Assembly: GCA_040954595.2 (NCBI GenBank)
Contig: CM082578.2
Span: forward strand, 6,433,519 to 6,497,518
Source of the DNA: Balanoglossus misakiensis
Taxonomy: Eukaryota > Animalia > Hemichordata
Direction: 5' to 3'
DNA: 64,000 nucleotides
A program made the position numbers and the translations under genes. The notes below the pieces were generated by a model. It did not search any database. It saw only the letters and a list, made by a program, of their open reading frames with translations, and was not told the DNA's origin. Below, in pieces: positions 26,029 through 40,553 of this stretch (its first letter is position 1; every line of letters starts with the position of its first letter).

Positions 26029-27788
26029 TGAAGATTCAAACGGTGTTCCTAGTCTCAGCATTCGAATGTAAATTACAAAGTAAAAGTCATTCCACTGTGT
26101 CGTGACTATAGTCTCAACTTCAATAAATATGTGAAGTTTAGTCAGAGGAAATATGCAACAGCTGCCAGCAGACTAAAATTGTTCCAAAGATTTGGCCTGC
26201 GGGAAAAAAGCACACGGCCTTCATGTTTTATGTGTATTTTTGTTGTTGTAAATCCAGGTTCTCAATATATGAGATTCGTGAGTGCTCATAAAAAAGAAAA
26301 CTAAGAATAGTAATGGTAGCAAAGGATAAAATGTAAGGTTTCTTTTTCTTCTTCTCCTCACCGCAAGATTCAAGATTATTTTTCTTTCAAACCGACCGAC
26401 CGACCTTTTAAAATCTGAATGGACCGAGTGCTTGTTCAATGCAATCTGTACACGCTGGTTCCCCGATTCGCTTCAAGTCGCACAATTACTCTTCCGTGAT
26501 CCTAAAGCATTCCTCTAAACGCCGCATACGTATATACATGTATATCCTCCGGAGTTCCCCGTAATCGAACGATGAAAGTATGGGTCCCCGTCGACAGAAA
26601 TGGTTCTTTCTTCGGAAGTGACATTATCTGGAAATCTAAGACGGCCCCTCCAGGTATACAACAGTTTAGGGACGTGACTGTGGGTTAGTACATTGTCATG
26701 TCGCGGTAATATAAGTCTGAACAACACCGCAAAAAAAATCCCATGCATCACACTGCCGGGGTGTTCCAAAAAACGGGACATGGCAAATGACATTGTCAAA
26801 AACTACCGCAACTCTTGTCATCTAACACGGGCTGACAGCACGTTTCATTTACTCTAACCAGAAGCGACTGTTGCTTTATAATATGATAGCAGGCCAGAAT
26901 ACCGTGACGCATTAACAAACACGAAAGTCACTGCGTAAAGTTTTACCTTTTGTAACGAAAACAATACTAACAGTGTTCTTTTATGCCAGGACCTACGTTT
27001 GCAAACACCAATTTCAATTGACAATGGCGTAATATTTCACCACAGCAGACTTCAATCTTCAAACTATCAAATTGAGGATCATATTTTCTTGCGTGTGGAT
27101 GTCGAAAACAGTATGGAGCGACGTTGTTGTCGATTTTCGCCGTTGGCGAAATGTTCGGTGTTTTTGGAGAAAAGTATCTCAGGGGAAAATTGCCTTCCGA
27201 ACGCGGGGATGTTAATGGTGATTATGTTCAGCCGTTTTAGTAATACCGTTTCCTGTGCGGCACTGCCTCATTTGATTGGAACATGATTGTGGGAACAAAT
27301 GATTACTTCTATACTAACAAAATTCTCCTCCTGTGGGGACCGCAGTAATATAACCTTGATATCTTTGAAGGAACAAAGCCACTGTTTTGATACATTTTTT
27401 GTGATATCAAGAATATATGGAAAAGTTGCCTTAAGTCCTAGTGTGCATGATAATGACGATTCGTAGGTTGTTATATTCGTTGAGTTGTTATCAAAGACCC
27501 ATATTTGAGAATGCATAAAAAACTAACGGCGACAAGAGGGGCCCTTGATTGGACGGTGTATTTACTTGGAAAGTTTTGGGAATCACATACTCAAAGAGAC
27601 TATAATCTTAGAAAAAGAACGCATGATGACTGACATGTACTATAAATGACAGACAAATGAGAGACAGGGCGAACTTTTGGAAAAAAACAACAACAACGGG
27701 ACAGTCCTCGTTCTTAACTTAACAACGTATGAGAGTGTGCATACAAGAATTTATCAACAATTTACTTCACACACGCGAGCAATAATGT

Positions 27789-28410
27789 GTTTCCATAGCA
27801 ACCTTGCAAACTAAATCCTAACATGTATGATTCACAGACTTTCGCTTTTAAAAAATACGACCGATCTTTTGCCTAACAATATTGTGCCAAAATATCCCAG
27901 CTGGTTTCCATGACAAACCCATCAACGCGGGTGGAATTTTGTTGAAGCAAATGACAGGCCATATTTTAGAATAGTGGTACAACAGCAGCGAGTGCAAAAA
28001 ATAAACCTGTATATGCTTAAGCGCCAACTGTTACGTGCAGAATCCATAATGTTCAAATAGCATTTTCCGACTGTGATAGTATATTTCTCGGAAGACCTCA
28101 AATATAATGTATGGTCGACAGCTTTAAATGTGGTAAATGTGGTGCATTATTGGCAGCAAGAGCCGAAAGGCAAGGATCTGCCCCCCCCCCCTCTCTCTCG
28201 CTCCCCAAGCCTTCTACTGAACTTATCTAAAATGGATCGAGCATCACAACATGTCGTCTGCAAGAGAACTCAAGCCACGAAGGTTTTACACGCCAATATA
28301 ATTATTTTAGAAATAATGGTGTATTTTCCCGGTCTGACCGCGGAGTAAGACTGATGTGGAGGTGGGCATCGATAGAGTTTAATAGCGATGTAGTATGTTA
28401 CCATAGCAAC
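27789..28410. promoter_or_regulatory. Cluster of RFX X-box-like motifs (candidate enhancer)
   Basis: GTTTCCATAGCAAC 27789-27802, GTTTCCATGACAAAC 27904-27918, GTTACCATAGCAAC 28397-28410. Confidence 0.4.
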
Positions 28411-29419
28411 TTACGGATGCGCGCGCCACACATGGCACTTTCAAATGCGTAGTTTAAATAATGGGAGTGAGCAACAAGCTTACAATGCTGTGATCCCGCA
28501 CTTCCTTTGTTAATAAATCATGTTGAGGACCTTGCATTGACGCTATTAATTACACACTTCAATCCAAGAGTTCGTTATGCGAGGTGAATTACCCCCCCCC
28601 CCTCCCCCGGCGATTCATTTAGAGGTCGCCGTGACTGAGAGGAATGACACTTGAAAATCTCTCGCGACGCCGTGATATTGATGGTCGCTATAATAACCCA
28701 CGACATCCCACGTCGTCTCTACAACACGAACGAAGCATCCGCTATTATTACGGAGATGTCGGCCTCGTGGACTGTACTGCTTGTCCCAGCTGTTACTTGT
28801 CTGCGTCCGCTTGTGAAGCATTGTAGATAATTACGGGATATGAATATAATAATAATCTTTATTTTGCATTTCAAGACCCCAGCCCACGTTTTCTTTCCAT
28901 TGTTGCTTTAAAATTATATTGTACTCTAAGTTGAAAGATCGATAGAAATAATTGCCTAGTGTCCACATGCTGAGATACCTATACAGAATCCAGACAAAAT
29001 GAAAACAGGATACCATTTGTAGAGGTCAACCAAGTACGTCTGCCAATTCTGTCAAGATTACACAACATAAGATAAGCTTGTTTGTCATTGGGCATTTCTA
29101 ATAGCTTTTGCTTTTCTTGCAAACTTGTTTTTTTTTTTCGTTCCCATGGGGCTACTTTCGTGCAGTCTTTACATATCGAATATAAAGGATTGCTAAGCCT
29201 AAGCGTTTTGATAAGATCTATGGATATATTGATGAAATCACACGTTTTAATAATATTCGTTCATATCCCCCCATCTAATCTGGAGAGGTGATCTAGGCAT
29301 TAAATAAACAAAAGATAGTGGGACTCAGTACCCCTGCTTGAACATTTTTTTTAAATCTGACAATATTCATTGCATATTAAATTGTATAACAGAAAGGCTA
29401 TTTCGACCTTTGTTAGTAA

Positions 29420-29588
29420 AAGTCCAATCTGATTAAAATCAGATGTGGTGTTAGGCGCCGTTTTTACTTTTGCTGATTCTTGGCTGTTCTGTTCGGAAGG
29501 GGCGCCCACACTACACAGAACAGCCGGGACAAAGACAGAGAACAGAACAGCGCCTAACTCTACATCTGATTTTAATCAGATTGGTCTA
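29420..29588. mobile_element. MITE with ~40-bp TIRs
   Basis: CCAATCTGATTAAAATCAGATGT..GTTAGGCG mirrored by CGCCTAAC..ACATCTGATTTTAATCAGATTGG. Confidence 0.7.
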
Positions 29589-32249
29589 TCACCTGAGATG
29601 TGATATTATAGAGCGGATAATACTACATGCGGATGTTCTCGCTGATTTCTGTAAAAACGGTCAAAGCTAACTTTAAAAAGTTGACATATCTTGGTCAGAC
29701 TGCTCTAGTTTCTGAGGCATCGTGGTAATACAGACATGGCATGTATGACAATACAGAAAATGTGAAGCGTGTCAATGTATAGAAGACTGTCAGCGTTTTC
29801 TTTTGGACTGTGAACTTGTAAGTCACTTACAGAGAAGGTTAAGGAAGCTTACGGACACAATGCATAGGGCCCTGCTTAAAACATGTAATATAGGGATATA
29901 TGTTAGAACTTGAAAATATAGATTATGGAATTAATCGTGAGGGTAGCAACGTTCTAGATGTACGTAAAGGATTGTAAAGAAAACAATTCTTGATTGAAGA
30001 GCTGACATATATATTGAGTTGATGAAAAATGATAAGAGGCTTGGAGAAGTTATAAGAGCTGTCGGATTTTGGAGATTTCATTTTTTTGTGCAGACCATTT
30101 AAGCTGTTGAAGTGACATTAAAGATTTGATATAGAGGGTAACAAAATAGTCAACGAGCTCATACTTATTGTGTATGTACTTCACAACTCCCGAGAATATG
30201 TAGACTTTGCGAATCTCATCGCATCATATGAGGTCTTTCAAGTGAGACACGTCTTCTTAGCTTCAAAGCTGGTGGGACATGGATTCTCTGTGAAAGTAGA
30301 TCAGTTAGATCATGTGATAAGTGGGAGATATGACCTGATGTTGTATAACAATGCAACACGTCCGTAGCTCTAACGATGAGTGACAGCATTCCTGGATTCG
30401 ACTCGCAGCAGTTATTGGGTGGCTTGGCCTCTTACACTCAATTTGTCACTGTGAGTAAATCTTTGGCGGGTGAAGTTTGCTTGCGGATTACTAGTACATG
30501 TACCCATTCCAGAAACACTGCAAATCAATTCCGTCAAAACACAAGTGGTGCACTTAAACCTAAAACGATCGTGCAGCGTGCGTTGGAATGTATTACTATA
30601 CCTACTGCACCGTGTTATCACAGTCCATCTATTACAGGGTCTTAGTCTATCTGTGGTCATATGCATTTCGGGGACAGATTTTACGAAAACATGACAGAGA
30701 CAATTGAGATAGATGTTGTTTTATTATAAAAATCGCTATAATTTGAATTTTTTCTCCACTGAATTGACATAGCCCTACACGTAGAGATTGGCGACCAAGT
30801 TTATCATTCTCAGCTTTATGCCTAAGAGAGACTAATCTAACGTTGTTCTGAGCAAACTATGAGGAAGGTTTAAGACTTTGATTTTCGAGGCGGTTCGGCG
30901 GGAAAATATCAGCGAAACTTCACTGGAACGCAGTATAGACTCACTTGACTGCAAAACCGATGCAACGATTGATTAGAGAGGCACGTAACAAGCGCTTTCT
31001 GGACATATCAGGAGTCATGGTAACAGTGAAATACAAAACTACAGCTGTGACACGAATTCGAAATAATCAAGTAATTTATTTACACTTTTAAAGAGCGTCC
31101 GATTTACACATTGAGTTATAGTCATCGGGACTCGTACAATACAGGAGAATACATTGGGGAAAAATGAAATGAAAAGAGACTCTAAATCAGGAGTCAATTA
31201 CAGAGGAACGTTGATCTTCATATCCTCTCTTAAAAGAGTTTTAAAGTTATTTACAGCTTTAGCACATTTGCACTAGGTGCATGGTAAGCAATTCCAAACG
31301 TTCGTTGCCATTATTAAATTCATTTGATTCATCGTCGTGTTCAGTATAGGAAACACCATCCTTCAAAACTGACGGAGTTGAAATGTCACGTTCACCATTA
31401 AAATGAAAATATTGCGTTTCGTGATTCATGGCTGCTTAACACATCCCGTGATGAACCACTTTATGTCGTAAATCAGTTTATGTTCATTGAGGAATCATGT
31501 CTGATTCAGTACTGCTGCGATTCCTTTCCAACAACAATTTAACCAGTTTGGATTGCATTTTCAACGTACACTTTGGGTCGTTATGTCGTACATCGACCGC
31601 CATAATCGCAGCTCCAGACCATGCCAAACATTAGATGAGACGTTTGTCGTCGCCATTTCTCTCGCACAAATTATTCTTTTCGACTGTTTGAAAACGAGCA
31701 TGCAAACATCTGTTTCTCTTTCACAAATAATGGATTTCTTTTTCACACAAAAATCTGTACGTCTCTAGGCCTACATCAAAGAAAATGTATTACTTCTAAA
31801 AATCGAGGAGACAAATATGGTGTAGCAATGTTCGTACTTTGAAAACATTAGCGTGGCTAGTTCGTTAATATAATGGGGGATTTGCAATTTCGTAAGTTGC
31901 AAATTCATATTAGTCGGACAAATAGAGCAGCTGAGTATACATATGCCCCACACAATAGACCATTTCCCGAACACCACAAAACCCTGCGAAATCTCGCGTG
32001 GCTAGGCAGTTGGTATGGGACGAGATTCTCACGTGACACAGGACAAACAGCCAATGGCGCACCGTGTTAAACGGCACCATTTCAAAGTCACATCTTTTGT
32101 TTGTCCCTGCACCTAATCTAGTTTTACACCAACGTTGACTTGCAGTACTTGGCAAGCAACCTGTTGCATGATTTATTAACCAAGTCTCGCGAGATCTCAC
32201 AATGAGCGGTAAATCATCTATCGGTATAAAAAGAGTCGGTGAAAATTAG

Positions 32250-32415
32250 AATGATATTTTATTACATGCGCAGATGTCGTCTTGATGATAATATGGGAAA
32301 AGGAACCGGCTCGTTTGAGAATTTTGATACAACACACGGCAGAATTGCCCATTTACCTGGCTTCCTGCTGTTTGTTTAGTTCGGGCTGCCCGCAGCGTTG
32401 TCTTAATTAGCCTAA
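32250..32415 (+). repeat. ~160-bp dispersed repeat, inverted copy at 55640-55805
   Basis: ATGGGAAAAGGAACCGGCTCGTTTGAGAATTTTGATACAACACACGGCAGAATTGCCCATTTACCTG is the reverse complement of sequence at about 55697-55764. Confidence 0.85.
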
Positions 32416-34338
32416 GATTCTGTTGAGACATTTCCAGTTCGTATTAAAAATGCACATCCTTGCATGGATGAACAGTATACGTTGTCTTGCCAAATGGGAC
32501 GTGTTTGATTGAATTTGCGCACTCTCGAGCTATCTGCGTCCCGGAATATCGACTAGGTATCTAATGACATCTTTGTATTAAAAATAGGCATACTAGCTAC
32601 GCGATTTATAATTACAGAAATGACATTTACGGCGACTGTACAAATCATATTTATAATTGTACAAATCATATTTACGTACAGGACACAGCTTATATGAGAT
32701 TGCCTTGAGATTTATTTGATTCGCATTTTAAACCAAATAATCCCTTCAGAACGCGAACGACGGAAAATCAAAATGTTGAAAATAACCCTTCCTTTATGTT
32801 GATCCGTACTGTAGTAATCAGATATTCATCTTCTCACAAATTATTCATGGCAACTCTAGACTTTTGATTGTGTTCTTTTTCTATTGATAACATAATGCCA
32901 TGGATTTAACGTTTTAAAAAATCATGAAGGGACCTTTAGTCTATCAGACATGAACGTCAGAATGCCTCAAAGCGTCTTTTAGTTTATGAAGGATGCCAAC
33001 CATACCCACATGTAACAAATCATTGAAGATGACTAAGACCCCGCTATGTATAAAGTATAGTATGTTTGAAAGCGGAACGACACTGGTACAGTGAAGTCTT
33101 GAGGGTACAAGCATTACTTGACCAATGAATTTGTGAAGAATATCTTGTCATGAACCTCACAAACTGACGATACATTTGCGGCTGGTTATACGTCTGTTCA
33201 GCATTTGATATACCCAAGACATGCGTGGTGCGGTCCAGTGTTCTGTTTTAACTGTCGGGATAGTAATAAGGTTTCGGGCTCGGCGTGACTTAACTTCATA
33301 CGACTGGCTTTGATTTCCATAAACAAAATAGATTTTGTTAGGCTTCTACATGTCTGGATTCTTACTCTTCAGTGGAAAATACTTATGTTTTCTACAGTTT
33401 TTCCTCAATCAAATGTACAGTGTCTGAAAACCTTACAAATATGGTTCATATTGCACATGTGAAAGTTGAGATGGGGATCTTGTTTTCAGGAAAAACTACA
33501 GTGTGTGATTGATTTTGAAGTGTGCCATCCATGATTTTGAAACATGCATTTTCAGACGTTCAACTTTTTTTTTTTTTTTAAGATACGTACCCACAAGATG
33601 CATATTACATTTTTAGACGTTCAACTTTTCTTTAAAAAGGGATACGTGCCCATAACATGCGTATTACCCTGAGGCCGTGAAAGAATCCTTTCGGTGTCTA
33701 TATACAGTCATAGAAAGTAACGTGTACTTTTCTCGGGAAAATTGCCCAGTATTAACGGACCTGATCAAAAGAACGTTACGTACTTGTTTTTGCAGTTCAA
33801 TATAGGCCTGCATGTAAGAACAGCACGTACATTCGGGAAGGAAAATGTATGTATTCATTTAAATGTTACTGATGGGGGGGGGGGGGGGTTAAAAGTGAAT
33901 TTTCCCCGTGCGTGTAGTATTTATGATCTCAGTGCAATGCTGTTTATCCGTGGAATTAGCTGCCTTGCATTATAGACATGGTAAACACATGTCTTGTTGA
34001 ATCTTCAAGTGTGCTGAATAAACGAGTGTGACGCCCGCGTATCATTCAACAGGTCCACATTTAAACATACAACCACAATCAAACGTTTGATAATACGGTT
34101 TTTGTGTGTTACCCATCAGTTCTTGGTCTCCCAAAGCTTAGGCGGTGCATTCGGATATGTCAGTAAGGAATTGGAATGATTACTAGTAAAGATTTAGAGT
34201 GATTAGTCGAAGTCAGACAAAGGTATAAAAGTTAATACTGAGAACGTGGAACGGATTCATTGACCTGGCTGTAACATGTATACAGGCAAAACAACAAATC
34301 AAACAGCAAGATGTCTGGAAACCAATTTACTAGGTACT

Positions 34339-34340
<2 letters not shown>

Positions 34341-34420
<80 letters not shown>
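34341..34420. repeat. (TC)40 microsatellite
   Basis: Directly visible perfect dinucleotide run. Confidence 0.98.
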
Positions 34421-34427
<7 letters not shown>

Positions 34428-37400
34428 GCTATCAGCTGACGTAATAAATTCAATGTTTACAACTAACATGGTAAATTTAGGAACAAATTTACAAGCTTTT
34501 TCTAATAAGTTTGCACTATATTACTGTGTACTGTAGTCACGATTATTTCTGAATTCTCAGTGGCATTAGAAGGCAACCTCTATATGTGGGCGGTAGAGGA
34601 ATATACGGTTGAGAATTATTACCTCAAGAAACATTACCGTTTCTAATGATCAAGGAAAAAATACCTCCGTCGGTTTGAGTTTTAATTTAGGTATAGTAGG
34701 TTTCCGAAGTGACAAACCAAAACAAGCAATCAACAACCAAATTGCGACTTAAAGAAAATCACGCATGCGCACCAGTAAGTTTGATGCTCTTAGAAGTGTG
34801 TATCTGTTGCGGGAGAACCTCTGCTGATTGAAAGTAAAAGCTTCATACTCGCGATCAGCAAATGAAAAGGAATAGTAATAAAATAAAGGATTAAAGGCAA
34901 TGCCGGTTATCTTCTTTTAGAACGTGCCATGTCCACAGTTTACCCCACACGCACAACGAACAAAGAAAAAAAACCCACAGAATCGTGATATGGCATTCAA
35001 ATATCTCGCAGGGCACGATTAGTCTAGATGATATCACTAAACAACACCTGCAAACGGGAAAGATAGTCTTGATAGTTATTATTGCGCAGACAATGTAAGG
35101 TTTGCGTTTACCTTTAACTTTTAGTTTAATGCCAGAAGGTTATAGCGGTCTTATTGATAAATTTAAACTTTAATATAACAAAGTTGGTCGTTTTATATAG
35201 ATTTAGGTGTGTACAGTGAATCGTACTCACATGAACGAATTTTGTGTCTGTGCGGTTTTCTTGTCAAGGAAGCAGTAATTCCTTAACTTGTGGGGAGACT
35301 ACGATCGCAACGAATTAAATAACAGATAAAATAGTGGTGTCAAATCTTAAACAACAAAACTGTTTATGTCATTTCACACACAAGTTAACAAGGCAAGACT
35401 TTCCTATCTCGTGATGTCATACCCACTGGGTAGAAATGTCAATTTATTTATTTATACCTTGACTTGAAATTGTTACGCTCTGCGGTTTGCAGATAGTGTG
35501 CATATCGCATGAAACGACAGGACACGCAGCCTGCAGTGTCAGAGAAAGTAAATTAATTTAAGAACCATCTATCAAAATGCTGTTCCCGTACGTCCAGATG
35601 TTTACAGCTCTTGAATTGTTGATATTACTCATCTAAGCTATCTGGCGCAAAGTCCTCGCCATAACCAATGGAGAGTATTTTGAATGGATTACGAGTCTCT
35701 GATTTCCGTTATTGTTGGGTTTAACCTTCACAAGTAACAAGAAAGATTACATTGTATATACGTTTCAGGATATGCTGTGCGTAGACTTAAGTCTACACTG
35801 CTAAAAGATATTACATACATGCCATGCATAATTTAACAAGAGATTTTTCCACACTTGTCCTAAGGTTTACCTATTATGTCAAACCAGTAAAAGAAGCCTG
35901 TAACCTTAATGAGCCGTACACTGAGAACATATCTTCTGTTGACCTTAGATGCCGCCAAAATGGCCCCCTAAACGCCCTTTTTATCTTTATTAAATTCGTT
36001 GTTTTCAACGGATATTCATAAAGTCTGTGAATTGTATATATGTAGTTGCTAACAAAAGAGAAGAAAAGATACCGTACCACAAAATTCGCTCTTTTCAGTC
36101 AAAAATAAATGTCACCGGAAATGAACTGAGGTCGTTTCGGTCGACATGCACGTAATATGTCGCGGTAGTCTAGAAAAAACATTGCCTTGCTTGATAGTTA
36201 AGAATTAAGTTCCATTCTTTCGCCCCAGTTCACATAGTATTACTTTCCAAATAGTGAAACGACGTGTAGGCTATATATACGGAGCGTATACTGTCCAGCT
36301 TAACTTTGTTTGGCTTAAAGCCTAGCTTTAAAAGATGCGTATAGGCATTTGAGTGATCCTGTGGGACGTTTTTGTATTGAGTCCAACACAAACCATAGCG
36401 AACGTGTATTTTACCATCATCGGAATGAGATACACGTGACATTTAAACACGGTCTTCTAAGATTAAAACGTCCAACCAGCTTAAGATTATTTTGTTGTTA
36501 TGCTTCCCGGTTCTGAGCTAAACCCTAGCTCAGGGTCTTGTGCTAATGGCTTCAAAACAAGAATGTTGTGAAATTTTAAATGGCTGGCTAACCCCTTTTT
36601 ATTGGTTGTCAGTTCATGTATATGTGTTTTTAATCAGGGATAATAGATGTAACTTTGTAATTTGTTTTTGCTTCCCCATCACTTTTTGTTTCTTGTTTAC
36701 TGCATATGTGCTCTTGTTCAGGATGTTGACACGCCGAATTATGTACACAGATTTTGTGTACTGGGGTATGTGTCCTGTCTTGTTATATGCTGCATTCTGT
36801 TGACCTTGCATGTTCTGTAGTCACAAACAAGCTTAAAGGGGCAATGTTCAATCCCTGGTTCTGGCATTAGTTCTATTTTCGACTCTGAATGTTTCTGTGG
36901 TGCAAAGGCCTTGTTTTCCATTGAAATCTTTATCAAGTTAATCCATTTTGCTTTTAGAAAACGCTGACTTAGGAAGGCGCGCCTTCAATAGCGGGAAAAG
37001 AACAATTAAGACACACCACACACACAAAAAAAAACCGCTAAGAAAACATAAAAACCCTTGATATACGCTTACCTGTTACAGTTTATAGTACACGTATATT
37101 GTGTCTGCAAAATAGAGGATAGTTTGTCGATGGGGGTAGCAGGAAGTGTCAACCCTTTTCTGCAAGTCCCAATGCTATAGTTTTCCTATGGTGAAAATAT
37201 CTGAAGAGCTAGCGCTATCAAAAAATCAAGCGAGGTTTTCTTTATGGTAACTTAATTAATAATACTTCTCTTTTGGCAGCTTTGGTAAAAATTTCAAGAA
37301 ATAACAATATTGTACTAATTTTCTCAAAATTCTACATGTAAGGCTTAGGATAGACTAGCCCACTAGTCGCTTGGGGATTTTAAATCTCAATACTTGTTTG

Positions 37401-37599
37401 TGTTTTCGGTGTTTTTTTGTCTTAATAAAAATTGCGATACTTTTTGCGTGCATGCTTGCCTTGAGCGTGTTTTTGGTAGTGAGGCGAGTTTCGAATTTGG
37501 GACTGAGCTTGTGGTTTCGGGTAGCCTACGCGTTCCCTACACATACTAGTAATGAAGCCCACAGACTTGACAGACTTGGAGCAAGTCCAGGCTTAGGAC

Positions 37600-37708
37600 A
37601 GTCAACAAGTAGAGGGCGTTTCTGGGTTAATAATTAACATACAGACGCGGGACATACACGGGTGCAAGGTGGAGACATGACTTGGAGCAGTTCTTTCTCG
37701 ACTTAAAA
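37600..37708 (+). other. Candidate non-coding first exon of the NLR-like gene (contains 9-codon uORF MTWSSSFST)
   Basis: Strong donor AAG/GTAAGT-like site at 37709, at the edge between CpG-containing and CpG-poor sequence; matching acceptor TTCTTTTTCAG at 41260. Start coordinate approximate. Confidence 0.5.
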
Positions 37709-39175
37709 GTAAGTGTTTTCTTGCTACAGTCTCATGTCATTCATGACAGATATGGAAAATAAGTGCATGAGGAATCATTTGAATTGAATTGTTGGACAGC
37801 TTTGCTGCAAAATAATGATTTCAACAGTATTTTAAAAGAAATAGTCTGATCGTTCAGGGGTCACCTGGGGTCACGCTTGGTCGACATTTTAGTAGCTATT
37901 TCCTTGTACCAAATTAAGGATCAGGAAAACAGACAATTCGATAGAAGACAAATAGTATCACTCTTAGTATGTTGGGTTGTTCAGTTAAATTCACAGACTA
38001 GACTGGTATCATTATGACATCTGAAAGTAGTTGAAATTTGTGTTTGAACTCATCACACTTGCTCTCAGATCAGTTCTATAGCCCTTCCACTATATAGCAT
38101 GTATATAGTGAGTACATCCAACCACCAGCATTGCCGCGCACTCCCTGAGCTGTGTGACTGTTCGGGAGAGTTTCTTCAGGCTAGTGGTCCTGTTCTTCCT
38201 CTAAAGAAATTCTTTTACTCTCCCCCTGAAAAAAATGTTACTTCTTCTATAAGATTGCATGGGCAATTGTGTTCTCAAAATTGAATATTTTCATGAGATA
38301 GATCTTATCAATCATGCATGCCAAAATGTCTACATGTAAATGATCCACACAAATTGAATTGCAAAATAGACTTACCATAGCTTGCACATTCCTCGATATG
38401 GAAAAGAATTCACAGTTGTTTGGTAAGATGATGACTAATGCTACAACTTGGAGTCCAACACTGAGTTGGACTTGTTCAAAGTATTTTTCCTGTATAAATC
38501 TATTGCAAACAATACCCAACAATCCTTTGATAAAATTTAGTGACGTGAATACCAGTGACCTTCCCCAGGACGAGCAAGTGCATTGATTGCCGGATACATT
38601 ATCTTGAACTAATAATTTATTTAATTTCCAAATGTTTTTGTAGAAATATGTAGAAGTTCAGTGAGGTCCTAGTAATCAGACTTCAGTTGGTTGACCCACA
38701 ACTGTCTCTCTCAATGTGATACTCATAAGCAGGGAAATTTGATTAGTTCGGTAGATGTTTTATTTGGTTGGCTGTATAGTTACATTGAATTAACATACAC
38801 AACTCCACAGAGGATCTGGGCATTTAGAGATAACTTGTATACAGATCATTAATTGTAGGACCGTTGACCCTTGGACATTTACCCCCTGAACACTAACCTT
38901 CACTGATATGCATGGCTGGGAAATATTTTGGGTGGTACATACTGGATAAATGTCCACGGAGTAACTGTCGATACCAAACTGAATGTGAACATGTAGAAAA
39001 TGTTTATTTCTATAGTTTGCTTTGTAGTCTAGTAAATTTAGTGCAGTTTTTAACTGTAGTGCCCCACTATAAGTAATAATGTTGAAGTAAAAGTTTGCGT
39101 TTTGTGCTGAAGACATTTTTATATTAATGAGACATCAAATCAGGTCCAATAATCAATATCATTCACTTACATAAC

Positions 39176-39710
39176 ATGCTAGCTAAAAAGACACGTTTTA
39201 CAGTAATTTTCACCTGAGAGACCACATAAACCAAATAGTACCCAAGCGCACTGTGTATTAAGCTATAACCTCATTATAATATGATTGTGCTTGATTAACA
39301 ATTTTGTGACATGAACAATGAACATAGCAATTAATTTTGACTTCACATTTTATGATTAGCACCGAAACTGCATGTCCAGGATAGTACTAGGTACCAGCAC
39401 TCAACAGTGTGGTAAAAGTTGAGACACTTTGGCTATAAAACTATGGTCAATATCATAAAATGGAAAGAAGTGGTGTATGTGTTGGACATGTGTAAACATG
39501 TTTTGAACGATTGTAAATAATTATCTTGGTCTATGCGACAATGTTCATTGAATGTTCTGTACATTTCAGGATAATCATGATTCACTATTCGCATAATCAT
39601 AATTTTGTTCATAAAGAAGAAAAAAGCATGAAAGATACAACTTCTGTGTGATACTGTATATTCCTCCCCCTTCTTTTTGTGTATTAACAACCCAGTCTCT
39701 TAGGTGACTG
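39176..39710 (+). repeat. Copy 1 of a ~540-bp direct duplication in the first intron
   Basis: ATGCTAGCTAAAAAGACA...CTTAGGTGACTG repeated at 39999-40553 with two small indels and few substitutions. Confidence 0.92.
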
Positions 39711-39998
39711 CATAGACTACATGAGCTCAGTGCCCCATAAATTAAACTATACTACTAAACTTTACCATGGGATTGGCACCGACTGATTGAAAATTATTAC
39801 CTCCATCACGCTTTAATTTACAATACATGTATCAAAATAGTTAGAGGTTATAAACAGCAAGCGGGGATAATTGGTACCTCTCAGGTGGAAATTAGCATAT
39901 TTGGCGGGAAATAATCACCTTACTTCATTTGGTTATTATTTCACCCAAATATGCTACTGTAAAACATTTTGAATATAAAGTAAGTTTTTACTTTTAAA

Positions 39999-40553
39999 AT
40001 GCTAGCTAAAAAGACATGTTTTCAGTAATTTTCACCTGAGAGACCACATAAACCAAATAGTACCCAAGCGCACTGTGTATTAAGCTATAACCTCATTATA
40101 ATATGATTGTGCTTGATAAAGATTAACAATTTTGTGACATGAACAATGAACATAACAATTAATTTTGACTTCACATTTTATGATTAGCACCGAAACTGCA
40201 TGTCCAGGATAGTACTAGGTACCAGCACTCAACAGTGTGGTAAAAGTTGAGACACTTTGGCTATAAAACTATGGTCAATATCATAAAATGGAAAGAAGTG
40301 GTGTATGTGTTGGACATGTGTAAACATGTTTTGAACGATTGTAAATAATTATCTTGGTCTATGCGACAATGTTCATTGAATGTTCTGTACATTTCAGGAT
40401 AATCATGATTCACTATTCGCATAATCATAATTTTGTTCATAAAGAATCTTTCTGGTATAAAGAAAAAAGCATGAAAGATACAACTTCTGTGTGATACTGT
40501 ATATTCCTCCCCCTTCTTTTTGTGTATTAACAACCCAGTCTCTTAGGTGACTG
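39999..40553 (+). repeat. Copy 2 of the intronic direct duplication
   Basis: See 39176-39710; also explains the duplicated spurious ORFs 39433-39690 and 40261-40533. Confidence 0.92.

Noticed and set aside
30365-30420. tRNA/SINE-like A and B boxes (also GTTCAATCCC near 36846)
   Set aside because: No cloverleaf could be formed; too degenerate to call.
34232-34536. ER/SL repeat ORFs (also the poly-W ORF at 62335 and the WMDG ORF at 59301)
   Set aside because: Translations of microsatellites.
37370-37520. NF-kB/ISRE-like motifs upstream of the NLR first exon (GGGGATTTTA, AGTTTCGAATTT)
   Set aside because: Only partial matches; not distinguishable from chance without a PWM scan.
39433-40533. 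Two nearly identical 85-90 aa minus-strand ORFs as duplicated genes
   Set aside because: By-products of the intronic duplication; non-ATG starts and no motifs.
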